A DNA stretch of 64,000 bases, from assembly GCA_965226055.1 (NCBI GenBank), contig CBDDCA010000006.1, positions 64,001-128,000 on the forward strand, read 5' to 3'. Both the position numbers and the translations under genes were made by a program. The notes under the pieces were generated by a model. The model was not told the DNA's origin. It did no database searches and saw only the letters and a list, made by a program, of their open reading frames with translations. The stretch comes from Spirochaetia bacterium. GTDB lineage: Bacteria; Spirochaetota; Spirochaetia; WTKD01; G963693115. This document shows positions 39,713 through 49,356 of the stretch, piece by piece; the first letter of the stretch is position 1; each line of letters starts with the position of its first letter.

Positions 39713-41451
39713 GTTTGTACCTCTTTTTCAACAATATCCAGCTCAGATTGTAATTGCTTCTTTGCTTGCTCTAAATCTTTACTTTTTTCTTTTGGAAGAG
39801 AATATAACAAGTATAATTTAATTTTTGGCTCAGTACCCGATGGACGAATACAAATTTTATTGCCTAGCTCAGTGGTAAAGATAAGCACATCTATAGAACG
39901 CATGCCTGTTGTATCTGTACTATTAGTAAGCATATCATGTATAACTCCCGTTTTATAATCTGTTTTAAGTATTATTTTTTGATTTCCTATAACAGTAGGA
40001 CTATTCTCTCGTAATTTTTTCATAATAGATTGCATGGTATCTTTTCCTTCTTTTCCTGTGTACTGCTTGTTTATTGCCCGTTCTTCATGATACCCATGTT
40101 TTATATATAAATCCTCTAATTTTTTAACAAGACTCATCCCTTGAGAAGCATAAAATTTTGCCATATCTATACAGAGCATGCTTGTAGAGATACCATCCTT
40201 ATCACGTACTGCCATACTAGATAAGAATCCATAACTCTCCTCACAAGAAAATACAAATTCACCCATATGCTCACTTTCAATTTTCTTCATGTATTCGGCA
40301 ATATTCTTAAAACCAGTGTACACCTTTGCTGTTGCAATATCATACGATGCAGCTATCTTTTCTTGCAAAAGACTTGTCACTACAGTATTGATAAATATCC
40401 CTTTTTTTCCTAATAGTCCATGCTCTTTTTTTCGGGAAACTATATAGTCTAACAATAAAGCTCCTATTTGATTTCCACTAAGATATATAAAGTCATCTCC
40501 TATTCTTTCAACTACTCCCATTCTATCTGCATCAGGATCAGTAGCAATAACAAGATTAGCCTGTACCTTTTTTGCTGTTTCCACTGCATTATACAATGCT
40601 TTGGGATCTTCAGGGTTAGGGTATGCCACTGTTGGAAACTCTCCGTCAGGTTCTTTCTGGCTTGGCTCTATCACATAGTCTATTTCATGCTGTTTCATAA
40701 GAGCTTCTAAGTGATGAGCTCCTGTTCCGTGTAATGGAGTATATACCACTTTATAATTCATAGCTTGATGTAATGTATTGCTTTCAAGCATGAGTGCAGA
40801 AACATAATCTTGAAATTTTTCATCAAAATCTTGCCCTAACTCTTCATATAATTTTTGTTCTTTTGCCTCTTTAATACTAATAGAAGAAAAAGGAGGGGTT
40901 ACCGATTGAATACGTTCAATAATACCAACATCATGAGGAGATACTACTTGTCCTCCATCATCCCAGTACACTTTTAGTCCATTATATTGTGGTGGATTAT
41001 GGCTTGCCGTGATAACCATTCCTGACTGAGCATGTAAGGCACGTATAGTAAATGATAACTGCGGTGTTGCACGTGGATGAGGATAACGATATACCATAAT
41101 ACCTTTTGCACACGCTATGCTACTTACAATATCGGCAAATTCTTTAGAATAACGCCTTGAATCGTATGCTAGTACTACCTTGATTTGTACATCAGGAAAG
41201 CATTTCAATAGATACTCTACCCACCCTGACGCAACTTTTTGGACAATAAGAGGATTAAGTCGGTTTGTTCCTCCTTCAAGAATACCTCTAATTCCTCCTG
41301 TTCCAAATTCTAATTCAGTATAAAACCTATCATACAACTCATTATTGTCATTTTGAGACTGTAACTGTTGTATCTGTTTTACAAAAAATGTATCCTGCTC
41401 ATGTGCAAGATAATAGTCTATTTTTGATTGAATATTTGAATCTAACTGCAT
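39700..41451 (-). CDS. Phosphoglucomutase/phosphomannomutase
   Basis: FGTGGIRG, ITASHNP, DPDADR, EESYG, RDKDG, RPSGTEPKIK. Confidence 0.93.
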   Translation of the reverse strand: MQLDSNIQSKIDYYLAHEQDTFFVKQIQQLQSQNDNNELYDRFYTELEFGTGGIRGILEGGTNRLNPLIVQKVASGWVEYLLKCFPDVQIKVVLAYDSRRYSKEFADIVSSIACAKGIMVYRYPHPRATPQLSFTIRALHAQSGMVITASHNPPQYNGLKVYWDDGGQVVSPHDVGIIERIQSVTPPFSSISIKEAKEQKLYEELGQDFDEKFQDYVSALMLESNTLHQAMNYKVVYTPLHGTGAHHLEALMKQHEIDYVIEPSQKEPDGEFPTVAYPNPEDPKALYNAVETAKKVQANLVIATDPDADRMGVVERIGDDFIYLSGNQIGALLLDYIVSRKKEHGLLGKKGIFINTVVTSLLQEKIAASYDIATAKVYTGFKNIAEYMKKIESEHMGEFVFSCEESYGFLSSMAVRDKDGISTSMLCIDMAKFYASQGMSLVKKLEDLYIKHGYHEERAINKQYTGKEGKDTMQSIMKKLRENSPTVIGNQKIILKTDYKTGVIHDMLTNSTDTTGMRSIDVLIFTTELGNKICIRPSGTEPKIKLYLLYSLPKEKSKDLEQAKKQLQSELDIVEKEVQTWLV

Positions 41452-41483
41452 AGTATTATACCTCCTATATTCTTTGTATTAAA

Positions 41484-42161
41484 CTATGTGTATATATATG
41501 ATAGCAAATCATACGGATTACAAGCAACAAACGAATCTCTCAATTCTGACATATCTATATTGACTGAATAATATCCCCATCCAGCTCCAATAAAAAACAT
41601 CTGTGCATGTTTAGAAAAAAGAGCATCGACATTGTTATCTCCTACCATATATGCATGTGATAGAATATCCAATGTTTGTTGTGCAGTACTATCTTGCTCG
41701 TCTATATTCAATGCCATATTCCGATAATACGGACTTGGTTTTTTATATTTGACAGTATCGACTCCTATAATAGAACTCCACTGTATATGAGAGAAAAAAT
41801 GACGCACAACACCGTTAACAAGAGATTGATTTTTATTAGACAAAATTGCTAGATGAGCCTGTTTTTCCTGAAGAGATTCTAACATCTCTAATACTCCATC
41901 AAAAAGTATGCTTTCACGAACTGGCGACTCATTGTAAAAATGTAATGCTTGAGACACTGCTTTTTGTGCAGCATCTTTGGGAAAATCAAAAGGCAACAGA
42001 GCATGTATGGTATGTTCAATACCGTACCCAATAGTATTCTGTACTACTTCTTGACTAACAGGAGGCAACCCTACATACTGCAACGCATGGTTTGCTGTAA
42101 GAGTAATATCAGGCACACTATCAACAAGAGTACCATCAAGATCAAAAATAATATATTTCAT
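41484..42161 (-). CDS. HAD-superfamily hydrolase (phosphoglycolate phosphatase-like)
   Basis: FDLDGTLVDS, LSNK, KKPSP, VGD...D. Start moved to the ATG at 42161 (MKYIIFD). Confidence 0.85.
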   Translation of the reverse strand: MKYIIFDLDGTLVDSVPDITLTANHALQYVGLPPVSQEVVQNTIGYGIEHTIHALLPFDFPKDAAQKAVSQALHFYNESPVRESILFDGVLEMLESLQEKQAHLAILSNKNQSLVNGVVRHFFSHIQWSSIIGVDTVKYKKPSPYYRNMALNIDEQDSTAQQTLDILSHAYMVGDNNVDALFSKHAQMFFIGAGWGYYSVNIDMSELRDSFVACNPYDLLSYIYT

Positions 42162-42268
42162 ATCTCTACTATACCGTTTGTATTGTACTGTATGATATTC
42201 ATAAAAAGGAAAAATATACCCACCGTATATCATCCAATATATTACATACACACTACAATAAGTATACT

Positions 42269-43231
42269 ATGAAAAAAACAAAACATTCTTTACAAGAAGG
42301 AAAAGAACGCTTTGATGCATATTTCACTGCTCAATACCAAGAACGATGGGCTACTCTTTCAAAAGCCTTGTTACAAAAAAAATCTTACACTAGCATATAT
42401 AGCACACATAGGGATCACCTTTCCCTTTCTACCAATACACATACTGCTACTATGGAAAACTCCTCAGTATATCACCTCGATACAGCATCGTATATTGTTG
42501 CAGCTATTACAGCAGAATATATGTATACTCACACACTGCATTCACTCCTTGATATGTGTACCGCACCTGGAGGAAAGCTGTTAGCACTCTATACATATTT
42601 TTTACGTATCATACAAAACAAGCACCATACTATTGCTTCCACGCATAATAATAGCACAATACAACAAGAGATGTTCAATGACACACAGCAGGTACTTTCT
42701 ATTACTGCAAATGATAAATCACCTGTTAGACTTGCAAAAGCAAAAAAAACTATACAAGCATTTCTTAATGAAAAACAGATTGAACAATGTAGTTTTACCT
42801 GCAAAAATGCCGCTCTTTTTGGCAAACATGCAAAACGTAGCTATGAAGTTGTATTACTTGATACTCCATGTAGTAACGAACGTCATGTATATCAATCTAC
42901 AAATGAATTATCACGCTGGAATAAAAAACGGTGTACACGTATGGCTATGCAACAAAGAACCCTACTATGTGCTGCTATTGATGCTTGTGTATGGAATGGA
43001 ATTGTAGTATACATTACTTGTAGTCTCAGCAATGAAGAAAATGATGAGTTAATTGCACATATCAAGAAAAAGAGAAAGAGCATATGTATTACCCATAATA
43101 CCATTGCTCCTTCTATTATGCATAATTACCAGTGTGTCATTGAAAAAACTGACTTTGGTATACAAATACTCCCCGATACATCACATGGAGCAGGACCAAT
43201 GTACATGAGTATTCTGCAAGTACAAAAATAA
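42269..43231 (+). CDS. RsmB/NOP2-family RNA m5C methyltransferase
   Basis: LDMCTAPGGK, AND, LLDTPCS, VYITCS...EN. Confidence 0.88.
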   Translation: MKKTKHSLQEGKERFDAYFTAQYQERWATLSKALLQKKSYTSIYSTHRDHLSLSTNTHTATMENSSVYHLDTASYIVAAITAEYMYTHTLHSLLDMCTAPGGKLLALYTYFLRIIQNKHHTIASTHNNSTIQQEMFNDTQQVLSITANDKSPVRLAKAKKTIQAFLNEKQIEQCSFTCKNAALFGKHAKRSYEVVLLDTPCSNERHVYQSTNELSRWNKKRCTRMAMQQRTLLCAAIDACVWNGIVVYITCSLSNEENDELIAHIKKKRKSICITHNTIAPSIMHNYQCVIEKTDFGIQILPDTSHGAGPMYMSILQVQK

Positions 43232-43243
43232 GAGATATAGCTT

Positions 43244-43327
43244 TGCCGGAGACCGGACTTGAACCGGTACAGCATCACTGCCGCAGGATTTTAAGTCCTG
43301 TGTGTCTACCAATTTCACCACTCCGGC
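43244..43327 (-). tRNA. tRNA-Leu (TAA)
   Basis: gccggagtggtgaaattggtagacacacaggact-TAA-aatcctgcggcagtgatgctgtaccggttcaagtccggtctccggca, with long variable arm. Confidence 0.95.
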
Positions 43328-43386
43328 TATATCTTTTATTATCATACAATAAAATTACAAAAATGTTTTTACACAAATTTCCAGCC

Positions 43387-43440
43387 CACAAGTTCAAGGA
43401 CTAATTGCGACCTCAAAGGCTTCAGCAGAAGATAAAAATA
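43387..43440 (-). mobile_element. Relic of an IS30-family right end
   Basis: cacaagttcaaggactaattgcgacctcaaaggcttcagcag aligns to the reverse complement of the IS right IR and the last transposase codons (PAEAF). Confidence 0.75.
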
Positions 43441-43461
43441 AAAAATGTTTTTACAATTTCA

Positions 43462-43491
43462 TTGACATTATATCGTTAGTTAGTATATACT
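43462..43491 (+). promoter_or_regulatory. Sigma70-type promoter for the peptidase lipoprotein
   Basis: TTGACA-18 nt-TATACT; aaggag RBS before the ATG at 43560. Confidence 0.55.
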
Positions 43492-43559
43492 TAGTTAAAG
43501 AGAAATTGCCATGCTTATGGTGATACCTCTCATCATCAATTATTATATAAGGAGCTCTT

Positions 43560-44663
43560 ATGAAGAAAATACAATATATATGTATCTTTGTAGTACTACT
43601 TTTCCTCTATTCATGTGATAGCGGCAACACACCAGAAGAAGATAATTTTGCATTAGACTATTCTGATGTACAGTTATTTTATTCTGCTCTTAGCAAAGCA
43701 GAGAACATGCAAAATATAGGGAAGTATATGTACGAAGAATATGTACAAAAAGCAAGTCCAGGATTAAAAGATGGCTATGCTGTTATCAGAAAAGAAGATA
43801 TGTTTCCTGTAAAAAATGGAGTCATAGACTACTCTGTATACGAAAAAAAAATAAAGACACTCTTGCCCTATTTTAAGAAAAATAAAGATGTTTTTCTTAA
43901 TGCAAAACCTCTAAGCAGACTTCAAACAGACTATTTTAGAAAAAAAATGTGTGACTTTCTTGAAGCGACTCTCTGTGCACAATTTCTTGGCACACCGAAA
44001 GGAGTATATTATACTATCAGTGGGGCACTGAACATGGGAGGAACAGCTTTTACTAAAGGAGTATTTATTGACATATCTATGCAAAAACGAGATACTATTG
44101 ATTATACTGTTTTACCAAGTGCTGCACAACAATTTTCCACTTTTTGGGGCGAATCAAATATCCTCACTAACGAACATTTTGTAATACACGAATTTTTTCA
44201 TACATTTCAACTGATAGCGAACGGATCTCCTTCTCATCAACAAAGACCTACCATACTTGAAACCGCAATAAATGAAGGAGGAGCAGAGTTCTTTGCTTAT
44301 AGAGTGAGTCCTGACTTAACGTCATTACCACAAAGAGTAGCTCAAAAAACCTATATGGATAACAATAAGGGTAAGTATACCGAATTTTGGAATGACTATA
44401 ACACGCTCAAAACTGTTACAAAGGCAGAAGATTATAGCAAAATTACTCTTAAATGGTTTTTTAATCTTGCATCACCTGCAGTTATTGCAAAACAATATCC
44501 AGGTGATTTAGGATATTACATAGGATCTCAAATAGCAGATACATTTTACAGCGAAGAAATTGCTGCCAGTAAGAAGAAAGAAGATGTGTTAATGCAAATC
44601 ATAAAGCAAGAAATACCAGAAGCTCGTGTTCAAACTATACTCACTACACTTGCAGGGAGTTAA
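43560..44663 (+). CDS. Lipoprotein with gluzincin-like metallopeptidase motif (DUF2268-like)
   Basis: Lipobox LYSC; HEFFH, NEGGAEF, DLGYYIG. Confidence 0.75.
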   Translation: MKKIQYICIFVVLLFLYSCDSGNTPEEDNFALDYSDVQLFYSALSKAENMQNIGKYMYEEYVQKASPGLKDGYAVIRKEDMFPVKNGVIDYSVYEKKIKTLLPYFKKNKDVFLNAKPLSRLQTDYFRKKMCDFLEATLCAQFLGTPKGVYYTISGALNMGGTAFTKGVFIDISMQKRDTIDYTVLPSAAQQFSTFWGESNILTNEHFVIHEFFHTFQLIANGSPSHQQRPTILETAINEGGAEFFAYRVSPDLTSLPQRVAQKTYMDNNKGKYTEFWNDYNTLKTVTKAEDYSKITLKWFFNLASPAVIAKQYPGDLGYYIGSQIADTFYSEEIAASKKKEDVLMQIIKQEIPEARVQTILTTLAGS

Positions 44664-44697
44664 AATTTTTATTGTATAACACAAGCATATAATAAGC

Positions 44698-44728
44698 AAA
44701 AAGGCATCATTTTTAATGATGCCTTTTT
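44698..44728. terminator. Bidirectional terminator between the peptidase gene and argG
   Basis: aaaaaggcatcatt-ttt-aatgatgccttttt between convergent genes. Confidence 0.82.
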
Positions 44729-44812
44729 TATCTATTGTTTTAATACAGCTTAATACAATGTAATACATGCACGATACATTAGTGTTTTCTGACTATACAT
44801 GTATATGCACAA

Positions 44813-46078
44813 TTATTTTTCCTTAAAATGAGACATTTCCCTCAGTAATTTCAATTCTTGAGTATCAGATCTTTGATTAAAATCTTTTTGATGCACTATT
44901 GCTTCTACCCCAGTACTTAGCCCAAGCAAATTGATATACCCTGTTGCATGAGAACTATCGTATGTACCAGTATCGAAAGAGGCAATATCCTGACTATAGA
45001 GTGAATAATCTGATCGTCTCCCAATGACCTGCACCCCACCTTTATATACCACCAGCTTCACTTCTCCACTTGTGTACTTTGTTGCTGCTTGCATAAACCC
45101 ATCAATAGATTGTCTAAAATGGTTAAACCAACGACCAGCGTATATTTCTTCTGCATAATGCAATGACAATGTATTTTTAAGAAGGAGTGTGGCACGATCA
45201 AGAGTTATCATTTCTAGCTCCTTGAGAGCATGATACAAAATTGTTCCACCAGGCGTTTCGTATACACCACGACTTTTCATTCCTACTAAACGCGTTTCTA
45301 CTATATCTGCTCTCCCGATACCATGCTTTGCTCCTATATCATTCAATGCTTCTAAAATCGTATGTAGTGATGCTTCTTTCCCATTTATAGCTACGGGCTT
45401 TGATTGACTAAATCGTAGCTGTAGTACCTCTTCCTTATCAGGAGCCGAAGATGGTGCAGTAGAACGCATAAACATAGCCTCATTAGGACGATTCCATAAA
45501 TCTTCTAGTTCTGCCCCTTCATGGCTTATATGCCATACATTTTCATCTCTTGAATAAATGTTTTTTTTGCTAATAGTACCAATAGGGATATGTTTCTCTT
45601 GAGCATAACGGATAGCATCTTCACGAGAACGAATATTCCATATTCTCCATGGAGCTATTACAGGAAGATCAGGGGCAAGTGCTCTATATGCAAGTTCGAA
45701 TCGAATTTGATCATTTCCTTTTCCTGTACATCCATGAGCAAGTGCAGTAGCCCCGATGCTTCTAGCATACTCAACTTGACATTTTGCCTGTAAAGGACGA
45801 GCAATGGCAGTACCTAAAAGATACTTTCCTTCATAAATAGCCCCAGCTCGTAGCATTGGAAAGATATACTCTTCAACAAATGCTTCCTTAACATCTTTTA
45901 TAATTACTTCTTTTGCTCCAGAATCAATGCCTCTCTTTACAATAGCATCCCAATCCTCTTTTTGACCAACATTGACACAAATACCATATATTTCACTATT
46001 TGGGTACTGTTCTTTTATCCATGGAATAATTATTGAAGTATCTAATCCTCCAGAATACGCTAATACTATCTTCTTCAT
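44813..46078 (-). CDS. argG: Argininosuccinate synthase
   Basis: LAYSGGLDTS, YLLGTAIARP, HGCTGKGNDQIRFE, GMKSRGVYETPGG. Confidence 0.97.
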   Translation of the reverse strand: MKKIVLAYSGGLDTSIIIPWIKEQYPNSEIYGICVNVGQKEDWDAIVKRGIDSGAKEVIIKDVKEAFVEEYIFPMLRAGAIYEGKYLLGTAIARPLQAKCQVEYARSIGATALAHGCTGKGNDQIRFELAYRALAPDLPVIAPWRIWNIRSREDAIRYAQEKHIPIGTISKKNIYSRDENVWHISHEGAELEDLWNRPNEAMFMRSTAPSSAPDKEEVLQLRFSQSKPVAINGKEASLHTILEALNDIGAKHGIGRADIVETRLVGMKSRGVYETPGGTILYHALKELEMITLDRATLLLKNTLSLHYAEEIYAGRWFNHFRQSIDGFMQAATKYTSGEVKLVVYKGGVQVIGRRSDYSLYSQDIASFDTGTYDSSHATGYINLLGLSTGVEAIVHQKDFNQRSDTQELKLLREMSHFKEK

Positions 46079-46136
46079 ATATTCTCATTATAAAAAAAAT
46101 AACAATAATATGATATACCCATAGGTATATTGACAC

Positions 46137-46952
46137 TTAAAACCCTTGTGTCACCCCAGTAGTCCCTGAAGGTTCAAAACGCTTAGTCGTAGTATATGGC
46201 ACCAAAAGCTCATTTATATCTCCTTCTATTGCACTTATAAACCAACTACTATTTACAAAATTAAAATATATGATCAACTCTACACGCGATTCAAAATCAG
46301 GAAACTGAGCTATTACTCGTATATTTGTATAACGTCTATCCTGTTGAGCATTGATAAGTTTCCCTACCCGATACCCTGTAATATATTCTCCATAGTCTTG
46401 TGAAAATGCAACTTGTCGAATAATGACTGGAATTTCTTCAGTCAACACATATTTTCCTATGTTAGTATCTATATTTCCATTACTAATATCAGTAAAAAAC
46501 GATTTTATAAGGACTAATATATCTTCGGTACTGCCGCCATTTGTTCTTATATCTTCCAATGTGCCAGACAGTGTATCATAAGGAACAAAAAAAGAGGATG
46601 TGTATCCAACAAGAGCATTTTTTTGTAACAAAGATATGTATTCTTCCTCTTGTTGACTTACCTCACGCATATCTACCCCTTTCTGTCCCACCCGAATAGT
46701 AGCCCAATTAAGAATAGTCTCATAATCTTTAGGAAACCCTTGTTCTACAGTGTTAGTGCTATTTTCCTCTCCCTCTCCAGCATCACTATTGCTTGTATCT
46801 GTAGCATCTGCCTCAGTAGCACCGTTTTGTACACCATCCTCAGTAATAACATTCCCTGTGTTCTCTGACTCTTCTTTCTGAGAACATGCAGAAAACATAA
46901 ATATGACAACACAAAGCAACATTACTATAGTGCCAACATTACTTTTTTTCAT
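46137..46952 (-). CDS. Hypothetical lipoprotein
   Basis: Start at 46952 gives MKKSNVGTIVMLLCVVIFMFSAC (lipobox), then an acidic linker and a globular domain. Confidence 0.7.
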   Translation of the reverse strand: MKKSNVGTIVMLLCVVIFMFSACSQKEESENTGNVITEDGVQNGATEADATDTSNSDAGEGEENSTNTVEQGFPKDYETILNWATIRVGQKGVDMREVSQQEEEYISLLQKNALVGYTSSFFVPYDTLSGTLEDIRTNGGSTEDILVLIKSFFTDISNGNIDTNIGKYVLTEEIPVIIRQVAFSQDYGEYITGYRVGKLINAQQDRRYTNIRVIAQFPDFESRVELIIYFNFVNSSWFISAIEGDINELLVPYTTTKRFEPSGTTGVTQGF

Positions 46953-47154
46953 TGCATTAGAACCCCGTAGCCTTTTCATTTTTTTAGTACTCATGATAGA
47001 TATATAGTGAGATATGTATTCATTCTTTTCTTTTTCTATTGTAGCATATTGTATCAGAAAAGAAGCATATATTTTATACAATATACCTTGTTTTTTGTTT
47101 TTTTTCTAATAATATTCTATGATATAATTAAAAGGGTATTTTATACTTTTACAT

Positions 47155-49311
47155 ATGAAAACAGTAACTTCAAGACTATATATCCTATTTCTCCTGCTCT
47201 TTATTGTATTTACTGCTTCACATACATTGTATGCAGAAATATCTACTGGTACAGTTTTATTTTATTCTGATCACGATAGCGAAACTTCCACTACCAAAAT
47301 TCTCAACAGAGATGAAGAGCCGTTGCCACTATTATCTGGATTAGCTATTTTCCCTGGAGACACTCTTGAAAGCTCAGAAGAATCATTAGTAATCCTTGTT
47401 AGACAAAAAACATTAGTGATTGAAGTGGCTCCCTTTAGTTTACTACGATTTGGCATAAAAAATATCACAAGCAGAGACATAGTCATACAGATATTAGTAG
47501 AACGAGGATCTATCAACATTACAACACATACCAGTGAGAGTCTTCCACAAATACTCCATAACATACAATTTCCAGTACAGGTACTACGTAATGATGATAG
47601 AGAAGATACTCCACAAGGATTAGGAAACATATATGTTCATATTATCAGTGATGAATCAGAAGTAATCACAAGAAACATCAGCCCATCACAAGGTATTTTT
47701 ATTACAAAATCAGGAGTAGACATAGAAGAAATCATAAACACATTCAATCTTATCGAAAGACGCATTGCTCCCAACAAAGACTTTTTAGTGCGTCCAAAAC
47801 ACAGCTATACAACAAACATACATACAAAGTTACAGTTTATGCTTTTGTTTCCCGAATTAGGAAAGACACAGCATGTGGCAAGCACCATTTTTATGGATAT
47901 ACAATATAAAAAATTTCATACCACTCTCCGATTGCCTCTCATATTTACAAAAGAAAACAGAATATACTCACCATTTGGAGAAAACGATTACTTAAGTACC
48001 TTTCAAATAGATAATACAAAATATAGAGACCAAGCATCCAGCTCTGAGAAATTGGGACTGCGTTTTGAACATTTTGTATCAACCGTTTTAACTAAAATTA
48101 CTTCCTTGACATTAGCTACCCCAGAAGATAGCTTTTATTTATACTATGGAGATCAACATAATTGGAAAAATAACTTTAATACACTTACCAGTACTCAAAA
48201 AACAAACTCTCTCCTTGTTCATCACTACAACCCTGTAAACAGCTTTAAGAATAACTTAAACAAAGAACTCATAGTAGATTTTAATTTCTTTTATTTCGGA
48301 AATTCAACCCGTATACGCCATTTTCAAGCTCCGTCAATATTGGACACATGGCTTACTCGTATGGATCTTTTTTATAATAGAATCTGGGTAAAACCAGTTC
48401 CTACCAGCTACCCACTAGAAATTGGATTTACCGCTGCTATTGATGGACATACTAATAAATTTAGCAAGTATCATACCGCTCTCAACTCTCTCAGCGAAAA
48501 AACCAATACTCAAAACTATTTCTTCTATGGCTTTGATCTTACTCTCCCTATTGTATTAACAACAGTGTTTGTAGTAAACAGTAGTCTAGAATTTGGACAA
48601 CTCATACCAAGCGTAGGAAATCAATACATATATACTGCAGAAATTACCAATTATGGATCAAAAGCAGGACTCGATATTATCTTCCTTAATGGAGAAGATA
48701 CCTTTACTTTTGGGTTTTCTACAAATGCCTATTATACAAAAGGATTTTTTCAACCACATTTATGGTTTGCAGGATACGAGTACAGTATCCGTTCCAGAAT
48801 GAATACTGCCATTGCACATCTAAACGCAGATACAGGAAACCAACGTTTTCTCACTCCTATATTCACTCCTGAAGTAGAAATATTTTTAGAAATAAATAAT
48901 TCATATGAGCTAGCAATAGGAGTAACATATCCAATATCCATTGATAGAGCATATAAACCCGTAGATATTTTTGTAGCTCCACTTTTATACTTAGAAACGA
49001 GCTTTACATTAACAAAAATAGCAGGAACTATAGATGTAGGATTTTCTCTAAATTATTACAACACATTTTTAGATTTAGACAATTTTGGAAACAACATAGC
49101 AAAAAAAGGAATAATAGGAGAACTATTTGAACAATCTAATCTTGTTTTCAACTCTAAGGCATATGTTACCTTTTTTGATACCTACTTTATCAGTACTGGC
49201 ATATTCCTTGCTCCAAAATATGATGTATCTGAACTACAATTTATTGATAATGGAAGTCAATACAAACCAATACTCATCCCTTTTATTGATTTTTCTCTCT
49301 CATTAAATTAA
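47155..49311 (+). CDS. Exported hypothetical protein, FecR-like N-terminus and probable beta-rich outer-membrane C-terminus
   Basis: Signal peptide; GD.LE, FSLLRF, VERGSI resemble FecR strands; aromatic-rich alternating C-terminal region. Confidence 0.6.
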   Translation: MKTVTSRLYILFLLLFIVFTASHTLYAEISTGTVLFYSDHDSETSTTKILNRDEEPLPLLSGLAIFPGDTLESSEESLVILVRQKTLVIEVAPFSLLRFGIKNITSRDIVIQILVERGSINITTHTSESLPQILHNIQFPVQVLRNDDREDTPQGLGNIYVHIISDESEVITRNISPSQGIFITKSGVDIEEIINTFNLIERRIAPNKDFLVRPKHSYTTNIHTKLQFMLLFPELGKTQHVASTIFMDIQYKKFHTTLRLPLIFTKENRIYSPFGENDYLSTFQIDNTKYRDQASSSEKLGLRFEHFVSTVLTKITSLTLATPEDSFYLYYGDQHNWKNNFNTLTSTQKTNSLLVHHYNPVNSFKNNLNKELIVDFNFFYFGNSTRIRHFQAPSILDTWLTRMDLFYNRIWVKPVPTSYPLEIGFTAAIDGHTNKFSKYHTALNSLSEKTNTQNYFFYGFDLTLPIVLTTVFVVNSSLEFGQLIPSVGNQYIYTAEITNYGSKAGLDIIFLNGEDTFTFGFSTNAYYTKGFFQPHLWFAGYEYSIRSRMNTAIAHLNADTGNQRFLTPIFTPEVEIFLEINNSYELAIGVTYPISIDRAYKPVDIFVAPLLYLETSFTLTKIAGTIDVGFSLNYYNTFLDLDNFGNNIAKKGIIGELFEQSNLVFNSKAYVTFFDTYFISTGIFLAPKYDVSELQFIDNGSQYKPILIPFIDFSLSLN

Positions 49312-49356
49312 AAATAATTATTCTAATAAATTCTTATATCGCCTATAATATACAGT

